DNA from: Felis catus
Taxonomy: Eukaryota
Direction of reading: 5' to 3'
DNA length: 64,000 nucleotides
Assembly (NCBI RefSeq): GCF_018350175.1
Contig: NC_058368.1
Coordinates: forward strand, 123,072,001-123,136,000
The translations under genes and the position numbers were made by a program. Shown here piece after piece: positions 25,290-38,865 of this stretch. The stretch's first letter is position 1; each line of letters begins with the position of its first letter. Under the pieces are notes generated by a model. It was not told where the DNA came from and did no database searches. It was given only the letters and a program-made list of their open reading frames with translations.

Positions 25290-25830
25290 ACTGGAAAAGA
25301 TTTATTAAGCACTGACTACCTAACATGCACTCTTCTTAGGACTTGGGACACATTGTTGTAAGAAGAAACAGGACATAATTCCTGCCCTGATGATCAAGCT
25401 GGGAAGACAGATAAATGAATTATTTTAGACAAAGGGGGCAGAGGGAGAGCTTATTTTGTCCAGTGGGTCATGGAGGACCTTGGAAAAATTCACTACACCC
25501 TAAAGCAGGTCTGGTTCTGTGCATTCATTCATTTATTCACTCCTCTCCTGCGACAAATGTGTATTGTTTTCCTCCAATTAGGCGTCCCCTATTCTAGGCT
25601 TTAAGGACTTAGTAATGGATAAGAACTGTGTCAGAGAAGGGAATAAATAAACAGGTAAACAAATGTGTAAGATAATCTTAGGTACTGGTGCAGCATAAGA
25701 AAGAGGAGGAGGAGAAAGCTGCAACAGGAAGATACGTTACCGTTACCGGCTGATTTGGGAAGGTCTCTCTGAGGAGATGACATTTCAGGTGACCCCTAAA
25801 TTAAGTGGAACCAGCCACACAAAGAGCCTT
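25290..25830 (-). mobile_element. L2 fragments
   Basis: tttattaagcactgactac; attcattcatttattcac...; gaaggtctctctgaggagatgacattt. Confidence 0.68.
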
Positions 25831-26329
25831 TTAAAGTTATTCTCAGTGTTTCACCTTCCTTTCATTATCCACAAAGCTCCAGTGAGTTTTGGTCAAAAAG
25901 AAAAGCCTTTATTCAGGTATGTTTTGAGTAGCAAAGGCAAAATTGTAGAGCAAACCACCTTCTCCAGGTGAAGCCGGAAGAGAGTAACAGTGGTGATGTC
26001 CTCGGGACGATAGCTGTATCAAACTAAATAATTATTTCCAAGAGTCTCTGGGAACAGAGACTTTGGGATGCTGGTGTGATGAAGGATTGACGGCAGATGA
26101 ATTAAAAGTTTTATTTTACAATAATGGGGAAAATCTCAGAAATACTTGGGGGACCTGTGGAAGATGGATGGGTTTTGACCAGGGGTTCATTAATCCTGTC
26201 ACAATTTGGTTATAAAAAAGAAGTATGACCTTATTTTATTGTCACATCGTGGGAAGCCTGGAATATGTGGATTATACTTAGCTGTGGGCATTTTTATTCA
26301 ACATACAAAGACTACTTATGCTGTAATAA

Positions 26330-26550
26330 CTGCTAACACTTATTGAACATTAATTATGTGTCACCCTCCCCTCTAAGCGCTTACATATGTTAACTCATGT
26401 AATACTCACAACCTCTCCATGAGGGAGCTATTATGTTTTTGTATTTTACATCTGAGGCGGAGAGCAGTTAGAGAATTTTCCCAAATTCACAGTAGACAGG
26501 AGCCAAGCCCAGGCAGGCCAGAGTCAGAACTCTTACTCATTTTGCAAGCC
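26330..26550 (-). mobile_element. MIR
   Basis: aacacttattgaaca...ctaagcgcttacatatgttaactcatgtaatactcacaac. Confidence 0.8.
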
Positions 26551-27219
26551 TGTTCCTCATATGCCACATCCGTGGTTTTTCTCCTCATCAGCCACCAGGG
26601 AAGCATCACCGTGTTGTTCGTCACACGATGAGAAGTTAATTGTGAGGGAGAGAGAGAGGAACAGAGAGAGACTGAGACAGAAACAGAAGAGAATGACAGA
26701 GTGTCATTCTGAAGAACAAAAAAAGAATACTCTTTCAGGTATTGTTCCACATGTAGTCCCTATTTCTCTTCAATCTCAAAGCAAACAAACAAGGCATTTT
26801 TAGCCCTGTCTTACAGATGAAGAAATTAAGCTCAGAAAAGTTCAGCAACTTGGGTCTGCCTTGTGCCTAAATTTATGCTCTTTATGGTACTATTCCCTAG
26901 AGGTGTTTGTAAAAAAAAAAAAAAGAAAAAAAAGAAAAGCAAAAATAAAGCCATTATCTGACCTGTTCTCCAGCTCTAGTTCAATGATGCTGAGATAGGC
27001 TTTCATACACAAAGAGAAATTGAGGGAGCTTTTTACTGAGGACTGCAAAATCATACTGTGAAGTATAGTTGACCTTATATAAATCTACATGCTCAGCTAC
27101 CAAAATACATTCATGGAAGAAGTGAGGACATACCAGCACTCTCAGCGTGAAGCTAGGAGCCCTCCTAGTATCACACCAACAATGTTGGAGTGTCGTTTTT
27201 TCTTCCATTGTTGCCAAGT

Positions 27220-27221
<2 letters not shown>

Positions 27222-27258
<37 letters not shown>
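27222..27258. repeat. (CA)n microsatellite
   Basis: Direct reading. Confidence 0.97.
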
Positions 27259-27259
<1 letters not shown>

Positions 27260-27770
27260 GGGATAGTGAAAATTCTTTTGTAGCATAAAAAAGGAATATA
27301 CACAGAGCTAACAGTTTTGAGAAAAATATAAACCTTGTAAGAGGCTTCATACACAAAGGCCCTTTCTTTAATTTAGGAAGGTCTCTAAATATGAGTACTT
27401 TATCATAAAATATCACAAGATATAAAATATAAAAAAGAAAAGAGAATCACTTTGATTAAATTATACTTCCATTATTATTTTTTTCCAGGTTTGTTCAGCT
27501 TTCTTCATTGTTTTTTGTGTTTTAGAGTTTTTGATATAAAGTCATCTAGCCATGGCTTCAAAAACACATACCCCTTTAAATAACCATTTTAATAATGTAT
27601 CCTTCCTTCAATATTGTCAAGCTGATGCTACTACTTTTTTCTTGGTTAGAATCGGTGATTTGGGTTTATGTTGTTAGTCATATTTAAGGAGTTGGACTTG
27701 ACTAATTTACGTTTGCTTGTAATTTCTAAATTAGATGTAACAACTTTCATGTCATTGATTTTCTTCTATT

Positions 27771-27912
27771 TATTTTTTTTAATTTTTTAAAATGTTTATT
27801 CATTTTTGAGAGACAGAGTGCAAGCAGGGGAGGAGTAGTGGGGGGAGGGGGCGGGGGCAGGACACAGAATCTGAAGCAGGCTCCAGGCCTGACTGAGCCC
27901 CTCCAGTGCCCC
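27771..27912 (-). mobile_element. Can-SINE with internal deletion
   Basis: gcaggctccaggc joined directly to gactgagccc; TSD tatttattt. Confidence 0.85.
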
Positions 27913-28368
27913 TATTTATTTTCTTGTTGTGTGATTTTTTTTTTACTTTTTGCTCAGAGTAATTCTTTGACTAGAATCTATAAATTTTAGTATATAGGAT
28001 TTAAACATTGTTTTAAATATTTTTCAATGGTTTGCATTTGTCACAAATTTCTGTTTCATCTGCAATAGGTTCATTTTGCTGCATTAATATAAAACTTTGT
28101 TTCTGACATTTAAAAAATATGTGTATTTTGTTTTACAGATTCCTTTCATTCATACCATTTTGTGTATTTTCTAATTATGGTAAAATAAACCTCCTAAAAC
28201 TTGCCTGCTATGCTTTATCTTTTATCTTTTTGTCTGAAGTTCATATTGGCAAACTTGTTCTTCTTTTGCTTAAGCATGATTTTTCATTTTTTTCCCAGCC
28301 TTTTACATCAATTTAATAATTAATAACTAATTTTGTTTTAGAAATGCCTCTTAAAAGCAGTGCTGCTA

Positions 28369-28592
28369 GGGGTTCCTGGGTGGCTCAGTTGGTTAAGTGT
28401 CCAACTTCAGGTCAGGTCATGATCTCACAATTTGTGAATTCAAGCCTCACGTCCAGCTCTGTGCTGACAGCTCAGAGCCTGGAGCCTGCTACAGATTCTG
28501 TGTCTTCCTCTGTCTCTGTCCCTCCCCCACTCACATGCTGTCTCTCTCTCTCAAAAATAAATAAACATTTAAAAAATTATAAAAAAAAAACA
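28369..28592 (+). mobile_element. Can-SINE (felid)
   Basis: ggggttcctgggtggctcagttggttaag head, aataaa and A tail; TSD aaa(g/a)cagtg(c/t)tgcta. Confidence 0.95.
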
Positions 28593-29064
28593 AAACAGTG
28601 TTGCTAAATTTCTCTTGAGATACTCTTGTAGACTCCTTAGATTAGGGAAATTTAGACCATTTACATTTACTGAATAATTTTTCATAATTTGACTTTTGTT
28701 ATCTTTTTAAATACTACCTTGGATTTATTTATATTTATTGTTTGTTTGTTTCCTTGGTTATTAGTACATGGAGTGTCTTTGATTTGAACTTTCATTTAGA
28801 ATTGTTTGTGAGAGAAGGATTTTTTCTATGCCATTTGTTATTTCCTAATACAATTTCAAACATTGTTAATCATAAAATTGTTGATTTATACTCATCCAAA
28901 ATACATTTTTTATTTACTTTTATAGAAAAAAAGACCATCCTTATTGGCTTTTGTTTTGTTTAATCTGAAGAAGGAGACCCCATCTTTGATTAGTTTTTTG
29001 TTGGTTGTTATGAATTAAATTTCTTTGAAACATTATGTTAATTTGGAATAATTATTAGTTTCAA

Positions 29065-29089
29065 ATTTTTTTTAAGTTTATTTGCTTAT

Positions 29090-29144
<55 letters not shown>

Positions 29145-29245
29145 CCCAAGCACTGTCAGTGTGGAGCCTGATGCAGAGCTCAATCTCAGGAACTGTGAGA
29201 TCATGACCTGAATTGGACTCAACTGACTGAGCCACCAGGCGACCC
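29065..29245 (-). mobile_element. Can-SINE with long (AG)n
   Basis: TSD attag(t/c)ttcaa. Confidence 0.92.
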
Positions 29246-29363
29246 ATTAGCTTCAACTCTTAACATTTGCAGTTAATGTTTTATTTCATTTCTTTTTCTA
29301 ACGCTGGTTCCTTTCTTTGTTCATCATAAGGTTTTTCTACCTTTGACATTTTATGTTAAGCCT

Positions 29364-29823
29364 TTATTAGTTTTCTATCATGGAGTAACAAATTAACACC
29401 CACGTAGTTTCCTGCAGCTGTTGAACTGAGGCCCCCAACTCTTAGCTGTTACCTTTCATTACCTCAGAAAAGGCCATCTTTAATATATGGAGTTTCATTC
29501 TTCATATCTGCAGGAGTGTGTATGATCCTGATTCACATCTCTCTGACCATCTGATTTTCATCTCTCTAGCCCCCATTTGAAGGGCTCATCTGAGTAGGTC
29601 AGAGCCACCCAGGGTATCTCCGTTTAATTAACTTCATATGAATACATTAGAGACCTTAATTACACATGCAAAATCCCTTTACTCTGTCATATACACCATA
29701 GCCTGCTCTTGATGGTAATTTGCTTTCATATTTTTAGGACCTGCCACACTCAGGTTCACTGACATAGTATGAGCAACAGAGGTTGGGAATCTTGGGGGCC
29801 TTCCTAGAATTCTGCCTACCACA
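29364..29823 (-). mobile_element. MaLR LTR (MLT1E-like)
   Basis: agggctcatctgagtaggtcag...gaccttaattacacatgcaaaatccct...tagaattctgcctaccaca. Confidence 0.8.
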
Positions 29824-30057
29824 AGGTCTAATTTAAATCACATCAATTTTACATGGGCTTTGACCATGAAATGTTTTTAAAGACCTGTTTGAGGATGTCT
29901 TTCTGTATGAATACGTTTTGTGGTGTTTGGGGAAAAAAATTTTGTGATACATTTTTTTCTTTAAAAGTTTTATTAAAACACAGTATATATAGATAAAGGT
30001 AGAAGAAAATATATGGGTGAATTTGTAATGAAAAGTGTATTCTAAAACACTAATTTT

Positions 30058-30266
30058 TGTTTTTTAATGTTTATCTGTTTTTCAGAGAGACAGACAGAGT
30101 GCGAGCCGGGGAGGGGCCGAGAAAGAGAGAGACACAGAATCCGAAGCAGGCTCCAAGCTCTGAGCTGTCAACACAGAGCCTGATGCAGGGCTCGAACTCA
30201 CGTACCGCGAGATCATGACCTGAGCCAAAGTTGTATGCTTCACCGATTGAGCCACCCAGGTGCCCC
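30058..30266 (-). mobile_element. Can-SINE (felid)
   Basis: TSD taaaacactaattt. Confidence 0.95.
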
Positions 30267-33200
30267 TTTAAAACACTAATTTTAAAACCTATTGTTATTA
30301 TGAATTAGCATAGCATTATAAAAAATTAATTTAAATTGTTTATGCTTTTTGGGTCAATAATCCCACTTATAATAATCTACACTGAGAAAATGATTGAAGA
30401 CAAGGAAAAATCTTTCTGTACAAAAATATTTATTTTAAAACTTTTTTATAGTTAAATATGTGAAGTAACCTCAAATTACAAAGTTGGGGAAATGTTAAGG
30501 CACATAGAACGAACTCTGTGTGAATATCATATATTATACGATAATTATAAATACCATTAAGAGTATGAAAGATGTGTACAACATATGTGAAATACATAAA
30601 ATTATATGTATACTCTGATTACAACCATGTGAAATAGGTAAGGGGTCGCTGTAGAGGACTAGAATAATTTATGGAAAAATAGAAACAGTTGAAACAGGTT
30701 AACAAATCAGGTATATATTTGTATATATTTGTAAACAATTTCTTTCAGACTACCAACAGGTTTATACAATGTATAAAAACGAAATTAGGTCAGATTTCCA
30801 AGTGTCTGGAAAAGAATAGGTGTGGACCTCCTTGACTTCTGATTCTCTTTCATCTGAAATCTGCTGAGCCCTTACTAAGTGAAGGGTGAAATCTTCCATT
30901 GCCATTGATGAGAACTAAGTGAATTATAGTGGGAGTAGACAGACCCGGCCCTTCCCTCAAGATAATGACTAATTGACAAACCTTCTTGATGGGTGTGACC
31001 TAGGACTGACCCTTGATGACTGGTGATGGATTAAATACAGAATGCTCACTTTTCCCTGCTTTTCTATGAGGTTTCAAATGAGATGGGGCCATTGTGAGCC
31101 AGAAGGAATTACTAATCCTTTTAATCAAAACACAAGGACTGAAGCTGAGATGATAGTTTAGTTATAAAGTCAATTCTTTCATCCTGTGTGGAAATCCCTT
31201 CAGGTGCATGTGTGATTCACGTGCATGTGTGAGAGAGATCACCATCTTGCCTCTGCTTGTTTAACATGTATTGGTACCACTGAGTGTATCCTATGTTTTT
31301 GATAAGAAACAAACTTTGACAACAAACCACCCTTTTCATGGAACGGATCCTAATAGCACTGTACTCTGAAACACAATTTAGGAAAGACTGAATTATAAAT
31401 AACCCTTTAATCCTCATACAAAGAACCATGTCAAAAAAAGGAATCTGGGGTGTGAAAGAGGGATTATATTTATTCTTCAAGGTCCCAAGGGGGTTAAAAC
31501 TAGAATAAAATAATAAAATTATAGTGAATTAGGTAACTACATGAAAATATGGATTTATTTTAGGAGTCAAGCTTCCCATCACAAACTGTTCTCGAACATG
31601 GATGTGATGATCATTTGCTGTGAATATTATGAGGAGGACTCAAGGGTTATTTAGGAACTTAGAAGAATTTGGAAGATTTGTGGCTGTCAGCCCTGATGAT
31701 TATCACAGATTATCATCTGTGAATCAGAGTAGAGACCAGGTTTCTGAGATTTCTAGTCCAGGCACAATGGGACCAGTCTGTGCTACTGAATTTCATACTC
31801 TGAGAGGTGGATGGGAAAGAGGAGAACTAGGGAAGGAGGAGGTAGCCTGGGAGGGCAGCTTTGGAAGCTGTCTTCTCCACCCATGTACAATCAAACCCTT
31901 CCTTGCCCTCTGCTGTACAAAACTAAGATTTTGATCGCTTAAATTTGTGGCTGTTGCTTCATGGAGTTTAATGAGGTTCATCCCATACAGAGAAGCTACA
32001 GGACTGTCTCAGATGGTTGTTACAGGGAGTGCCTTCCTGCATCACTGCAGTCCATTCATCTCTCTGCTGCCAGCAAGGGTCTGGAGGGATGTGTCTGTAC
32101 TGCCAGAGCTCTAACAGTGCCAGATGGTTTTGTCCGAACCAAGGGAGTGACCTCAGGCAGTGTTTGTCACAAGTTGCAGTCACTTTTAACTGCAAATCTT
32201 AGTTCTGCCGGTGTTAATGTAGAAATCTAGGAAAAGAGGCAGCCCCTCGTAGGAAAGTGCACCTGGGTGCTGGTTCTGGAGGTGGCTGGGAAACATGGAT
32301 GTCCCTCCCAGAAAGCCCATGCTCTTTACCCAGATGTGTATGGTTGAGATCACTGCTCCCCAGGGATATCTAAACTCTGGGCAGACGGAGGGTATTTGCC
32401 GGATCCATTATTCTTTCTCATTTATCTGTATTTGTCAAGTGTAACTATGTGCCATTTGTTACATTGTAGATACTGAGGATAAAGTAATAGGTAAGAAAAA
32501 GAGAGCCAATAGTTTACAGTCTGGTTAAATTTCTGTACTTGCTCTCACTGAGAATTAGCTTCTCTTGGTGATCATCATTAGCAAAATAGCAGCTTAGCAT
32601 TTATGGACTTGACACCTACGTGCTAAAAACATTTTGGTGGCATATTCCTAATGATGTAGGTGTTATTATTATACCCATTTTCCACATGAGGAAGTGGAGA
32701 CACATAGACAAGCTAAATGGACCAAGATATATAGCCTCCATTCATCGTGAGAATGGGCATGAGAAGGCAACAATTGAGGATGCCTTCATCCTATCCTGTG
32801 GGTGTTGCTTGCTGTTAATCTCTGGGACAGGGTTTGAACCAGGCCAGGCTCTGTTAGTAACACAATCTAGTCTCCATCCCCCATAAAGATCATTCTGAGG
32901 AGCAGGGATTATATATAGGCCCTGAGTGAAGTAGCTAGTTTTGGAATCTCAGGTGAACAAATAATCTCAAGAGAGGAAGGAAGATTCTCAAAGTTTGGAG
33001 ACGGCTGCTGCAGGTTTTCCTTTGGGTGGACTAGAGGGTGAGGCTCTTTTTATGAAACTCTTAAACTCTTAAGGAGTCAACAGGCCAGCCAAATTGGACT
33101 TCCTGGGTTCAGAGGGTCAGCTGGACCTAACCCCAGTGGGTCAAGGAGACTTGCCAAACCTGATGAACAGGGTCTTGGCCAAGTAGCTCAGATTTAGTTA

Positions 33201-33518
33201 AGTTTTGTTCCTGTAATACTGAAAAAATTATATGGACGTGATTCATTTTAATGAGATTTAGGTGTAATGCAAGAGTTGAGATTCTTCCAATTTGTAAACT
33301 CTGAACTATTTTATGGAGACATAATACCTCATAATATAAACGACCATCCTGATTTTAAAACAAGATACTCTCTATGTTCTTAAGTTATTAACTTTTTAAT
33401 TGCTCCTTCAAAACAGATTTCTTACATTCTTATTTATAGATTAGGTGTTTATCTTCATCGAGCCTATCTTTACAACTGCATTCAAATATTTACTGAGTAC
33501 TATTAAAAACAAAGTTGG

Positions 33519-33748
33519 GGGGCGCCTGGGTGGCTCAGTCGGTTGGGCGTCCGACTTCAGCTCAGGTCATGATCTCGCGGTCTGTGAGTTCGAGCCCTGC
33601 GTCGGGCTCTGCGCTGACAGCTTGTAGCCTGGAGCCTATTTCAGATTCTGTGTCTCCCTCACTCTCTGACCTTCCTCCGTTCATGCTCTGTCTCTCTCTG
33701 TCTCAAAAATGAATAAATGTTAAAAAAAAATAAAAAAAAAACAAAAAC
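33519..33748 (+). mobile_element. Young Can-SINE (SINEC_Fc-like)
   Basis: CpG-rich head ggggcgcctgggtggctcagtcggtt; TSD aacaaagttgg. Confidence 0.96.
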
Positions 33749-33906
33749 AACAAAGTTGGAATAACTGTAGTCTATATGATTTTGTATTATTTTCCTCCAT
33801 AAACACTTTCCAGAATATTCCAGAACACTTTATGTCAGTGAAAAATTTATTACTCATTTTATTTTGGAAAGATGAATGACATTCTGTCATACAGATAAAC
33901 TGTGAT

Positions 33907-34102
33907 TTTATTTATTTATTTATTCATTCATTCATTCATTCATTTATAATTTTTGAGAGAGAGAAAGAGCACGAGTAAGTGAGGGGCAGAGAGAGAGGGA
34001 GAGAGAATGCGGAGACTGGAGCAGGGCTTGAACTCATGAACTGTGACATCATGACATGAACTGAAGTTGGATGCTTAACCGACTGAGCCACCCAGGTGCC
34101 CC
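33907..34102 (-). mobile_element. Can-SINE with (TTCA)n tail
   Basis: TSD gataaactgtgat. Confidence 0.93.
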
Positions 34103-34459
34103 GATAAACTGTGATATTCTGTCTTACAATATCTAAGTGTTCACTCTTTCATTTTACTATTCACGTTTATAACAGTGAAAAATATCAGGAGCAATCTGAG
34201 CATTAACACTGTTTTGAATACATTTGACCATAAATCTTTCTGGTGAGTTATTATACTGGATCAAATATCGATACTTAAAATTTTCTTGTATAACATCTAA
34301 CTAATTTTTGCAGGAGGATTGTATTGAATTAATTAGTGGCTGGGAAAGTCACTTAACCTATCTGTGCTTCAGCCTCCTCATCTCTAACATGGGAATAACA
34401 TTAGTACTTACTTCACCAGTTTAAGTTGACATATGGAAGGTACTTAGAACAGTGGATGA

Positions 34460-34641
34460 GGGGCATCTGGGTGGCTCATTCAGTTAAGCATCCAACTCTT
34501 GACTTCATCTCAGATCATGATCTTATGGTTTGTGAGTGTGGAGCCTGCTTGGGATTCTCTCTCTCCATCTTTCTCTACCCCTCCCCTGCTCTCTCTCTCT
34601 CTCTCTCCCTCAAAATAAATAAATTAAAAACTTAAAAAAAA
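34460..34641 (+). mobile_element. Can-SINE inserted in a MIR (about 34330-34700)
   Basis: TSD agaacagtggatg; MIR core upstream. Confidence 0.9.
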
Positions 34642-34954
34642 AGAACAGTGGATGTAAAGTACTGAGAATGATACATTCTGTACAGTTGTTTGCTATTTTG
34701 ATTATGCTCCTACCAACAAGGTACATTAATGTCATTTTTCTGTGTCTAGTTTGACAACTTTTCCTTTTATTATATATTTTAAAAATACTAATTTAATAGA
34801 TAAAAGTTACCCCCTTTTTATTTGCACTTCTTTGAACACTAGTAAAGTTTGACATTTTATTCTGTATTTGTTTAGCCCCTTGTATTTCTTTTGCCTGGAT
34901 TTTATTCGTACTTTAACTAGAGTCTCAGTGTTTCCCAATCAATGTTATGAGCTT

Positions 34955-35230
34955 TTTTAAAAAAATTATTTATTTAAATTCAAGTTAGTTAACATGCCAT
35001 GTAGTATTGGTTCAGAGTAGAACCCGTGATTCATCACTTACATATAATACCCAGCGCTCATCCCAACATGTGCCCTCCTTAATGCCCATCACTCCTTTAG
35101 CCCATCCCCCACCCATCTCCCCTCCAGCAACCCTCATTTTGTTCTCTGTATTTAAGAATCTCTTATGGTTTTCCTTACTCTCTGCTTTTATCTTATTTTT
35201 CCTTCCCTTCTGCTTGTGTTCATCTCTTTT
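34955..35230 (-). mobile_element. Carnivore L1 3' end
   Basis: caagttagttaaca...gattcatcacttacatataatacccagcgctcatccc, similar to 1231-1490. Confidence 0.92.
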
Positions 35231-35419
35231 TATGGTGATCCTTTGCTGCCATTTATGTTAGATATTTTTCCGGTTTGTAAGATACCATTTACTGAGTTCT
35301 AGTTATTTTTGACTCTGGGTCAGAGAGGACTGGGAAGACTTGAGGGAAGAAGTCATACTTGGGCTGCTTGCTGGTTGAGCAGAGGTGAATGGACTTTGTA
35401 GATGCAGAGGCAGTGACTA

Positions 35420-36960
35420 TGGTTGTGGAGAAAATGTCCTGTACCAGGAATCAGAGACCACAGTTTTATTCCTGATTTTGTCTTTCAGACCAGTCAGTTA
35501 ATATCTCTGAACTCAAATATACTCATCCATAAAATGGGCTCATGTTAATGATTGCAGAGTATCAGTCAGGGTCAAATGAGTTTTCACATATTAAGCCTTT
35601 GCATAAACTAGACAAACCCCGTGTAATTGTGAACTTATTGCTATTTTTTTTTTACCGGCATATACAAATGTCAGAAGAAAGCCAATTTTGCATTTAGACT
35701 CTGTTGTGCTGGCCCGGATGGGCTTTCTATTCCTCCTGGCCTGGTTAGCTTCTTATGCAGATACCAGCTCCTTGGAACCTACCCCCAACCCTATTCACCC
35801 GTCCTTGATTTGGTCAGACTCACCTTGTTTTCTTACAGCACAGGTGCCTCTCAGTTGTAGCATTCTGCACAGTTAACAGTTTCACATTTACTTATGTGAG
35901 TACCCGACAAGTGTCCATTTCTCCCTTCACACTGCAAGCTCTGTAAGGGCAGAGAACCATGCTTATTTTGCTTACATAGATTTTTCCATGTTTACTATGT
36001 CTCCGTAGGCCCTTCATTAATTTTTCTGTCATGACTAGTGAGATGGTTGAATATGCATGAAAGCACTTCAGAGAGCATAACAATGTAAGGAACATGTAAG
36101 GAATGAACATGTCATGCTACAGTACTAGCAAGGGGGACAGGCGTGTGTGCATTAGACAGCAGTGTATGGAGGACAGCCATGGGAGATGAGACTGGGAAGG
36201 GGGACTGGGTTTGATCATGGGGAGCCCTGGACACCGGGTGGAAGAGTTTTCATGAATGAGATGTGCAGCCAGGAGCCGACGAAGAATTCTGAGCAGGTGT
36301 GGCATATCAAAGACATGTGTAAAGAGGATGTATGTGGCATGTACAGTGGATTGGGAGATAAAGGCTAGAGCTCATTAGGAGGCAAAGAGCTCATTATGAG
36401 CCTGTTACAATTTTCCTTTGAAAAACTATTGATCATCTGCTTCAGTGTGCTCCCACTGGAATTTGGGGGAAAGGGGGCGAATGTGAGTGGCATTTCCAGG
36501 AAAGAAATGACATCACTTGTTGGCATTAAATGGGAAAGAGAGAGGAAATTGTCACTCTAGGCAATAAACTATTAGTTCTGGAAGGGGCCTATGAGAGCAT
36601 CCCTGCTAATGTCCTCAACAGCACAGTTGGGAAGTTGAGGCCAAGAAGAGGAATGCAACTGTTAAAGCCCCATAGCACACTCCATGTTAGTAGCAAGTGA
36701 GGATCTTGAAGGCAGTGTTTCTGAATCATACCTACTCTCTTTTTTGATTCCTGTCACAAGCAATGGAGATACGTTAGTAGGAGGATTATGAATTCTATTT
36801 TATACAGGTTGGGTTTGGAAAAAATAGTGAAATAATCAAATGAAAATGGCAGGCAGTTTTACGTGTTGGGAAGAGAGTCTGGTAGGGAGGTCAGAGCTGG
36901 GGTTACATGTTGTAGAGTTGGTGGCACAGAGATTTTGACTTCTGATGAGATGAAATTCTT
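35420..36960. mobile_element. MIR and L2 relics
   Basis: MIR core about 35420-35650; L2-like actgcaagctctgtaagggcagagacc about 35930. Confidence 0.55.
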
Positions 36961-37172
36961 CCTTACGAATTCACTTATTGTCTCTTCAATCTCCCATTTT
37001 TGAAAAAAGTCAGTGCTATTCATAGATGTTTACTGAGCACTTGCCCTACGAAGAAAACTTAACCAGCATGATATTTAATCTTGTCATGAACTCTATGAAA
37101 GAGTTGTCATCACCCTTAATGTTCTGTTTTACAAATGAGGAAGCAGAATCACAGAAGTCAAATAACTTTCCC

Positions 37173-37385
37173 AGGGTACCTGGGTGGCTCGGTCGGTTAA
37201 GTGTCCGACTCTTGGTTTCAGCTCAGGTCATGGTCTCACGGTTTGTGAGTTCAACCTCCACATCGGTCTCTGTGCTCAGCACAGAGCCTGCTTGGGATTC
37301 TCTCTCTCCTTCTCTCTCTGCCCCTCCTCTGCTTATGCTCTTTCTCTCTCTCTCTCTAAATAAACTTAAAAAAAAAAAAAAAAAA
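37173..37385 (+). mobile_element. Can-SINE inserted after MIR (about 37010-37170, minus)
   Basis: gggtacctgggtggctcggtcggttaagtgtccgac, CT tract, A tail. Confidence 0.93.
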
Positions 37386-37426
37386 CCTTTCCTATTGTCT
37401 ATCAAATTCCTAGTGATCCTTTGAAG

Positions 37427-37590
37427 CAGGGTTTCTCATTCTCAGCCAGGTAATTCTTTGTTGAGGAAGGGCTGTGGGATGTTTAACAGCATCCTTGGCT
37501 TCTACCCATTAGGTACCAATAGGACTCACCCTTCACCTGTGACAACCAAACAAGACTCCAAACATTGCAGTGTGTCCCCCAGTTGCGTTT
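37427..37590. mobile_element. MER20 hAT element
   Basis: ataattctttgttg-like start, ggatgtttaacagcatccttggcttctacccattag...tgtgacaaccaaa. Confidence 0.82.
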
Positions 37591-37835
37591 GAATAGCCTT
37601 CTCTATTAAAAATCTTCTCCAGAAACTTCAACCTTAGTTGACAGGTACTTCCTCTGCATTATTGTGCCATTAACTGCCATATTTTAAATAATGTTTTTGA
37701 TTTTGTCTTGTTTTGTTCTTGGAAGCTTCTTCCCAAGAAGCTTATGAAGGTTTTGAGGTCAGTTTTTCACATTTCACACAATGTTGGAAGCAAGCATCTT
37801 TCATCTTTGTTCTGTTTCTTCATTCCTACTGCCAT

Positions 37836-37850
37836 TTGCCCCCTGGTGGG
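37836..37850 (-). promoter_or_regulatory. CTCF motif candidate (reverse)
   Basis: Minus strand CCCACCAGGGGGCAA, matching the CTCF core. Confidence 0.6.
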
Positions 37851-37984
37851 GACCCTCATAATTCTTACCTCAACAGCTGAAATAATTTGGCTGGCTTCCC
37901 AGACTATATTCTCCTCCCTTTGAATTGCATCAGTCATTCTCTAAGACTCTCGCTAAAACATGGATATGATAACGCGTGTCTTTC

Positions 37985-38207
37985 TTTTTTAAAAACTTCT
38001 TAATGTTTATTTATTTTTGAGACAGAGGGAGACAGAGTGCGAGTTGGGGGGGGGGGGCAGCGAGAGAGGGAGACACAGAATCTGAAACAGGCTCCAGGCT
38101 CTGAGCTGTCAGCACAGAGCCCAATGCGGGGCTCAAACCCATGAATCATGAGATCATGACCTGAGCCAAAGTCAGACGCTTAACCAACTGAGCCACTCAG
38201 GTGGCCC
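37985..38207 (-). mobile_element. Can-SINE (felid)
   Basis: TSD ataac(g/a)cgtgtctttc. Confidence 0.95.
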
Positions 38208-38614
38208 TATAACACGTGTCTTTCCTGCTTGAAACCTTATTCAGAAACACATCCTTACCCTTATATAAAAGTCATTCCACATTCTGGTATTAGTATTACT
38301 TTCAAAAGTGATTTTTCATCACCTGCTCACATGTAAGGTTGGCTCTAATAATAAAAAAAAATGTTCATTCTGTATGGCCTATGCTTCCTGTCTCCACACT
38401 GTTTCTGCTCTTCTTCCTCTCACAGTTGTTTGATTTCTCTCCGCCCTTCAGAGCTAAGCTCCAAAGTGCACATTCCCACTTTCTTCTCTCAAGCAGGAGT
38501 TGATTCTGTCCTTATTTAGAACCCCACAGACCTCTATCAATACCACTCTTGTGGCTCTTAGCAATATCCATTTTGTATCAGAATTAGATATGTGCGTGTA
38601 TGTTTTGTTTTTTT

Positions 38615-38865
38615 TCCCTTTTGCTTCATAGGTTTCAAAGTCAAATGTTTGAATCCTGATACTCACTTACTAGTCATGTTATCTTGGGCAAGTTACTTTA
38701 ACTTACTAGCCCTCAGTTTTACCTCTTTACCCTTAAAATGGGGATAAATTAGTAGGTAACTCCTAGTATTGTTTAAAGATTCAATAAAAATGCAGGAAAA
38801 GTGCTTGACATAGAGCTTGGCAGATAGGAAAAATAGGGCTCAACAAATATTACCTACTAGTTTTA
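38615..38865 (+). mobile_element. MIR
   Basis: tttgaatcctg...cacttactagtcatgttatcttgggcaagttactttaac. Confidence 0.82.
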
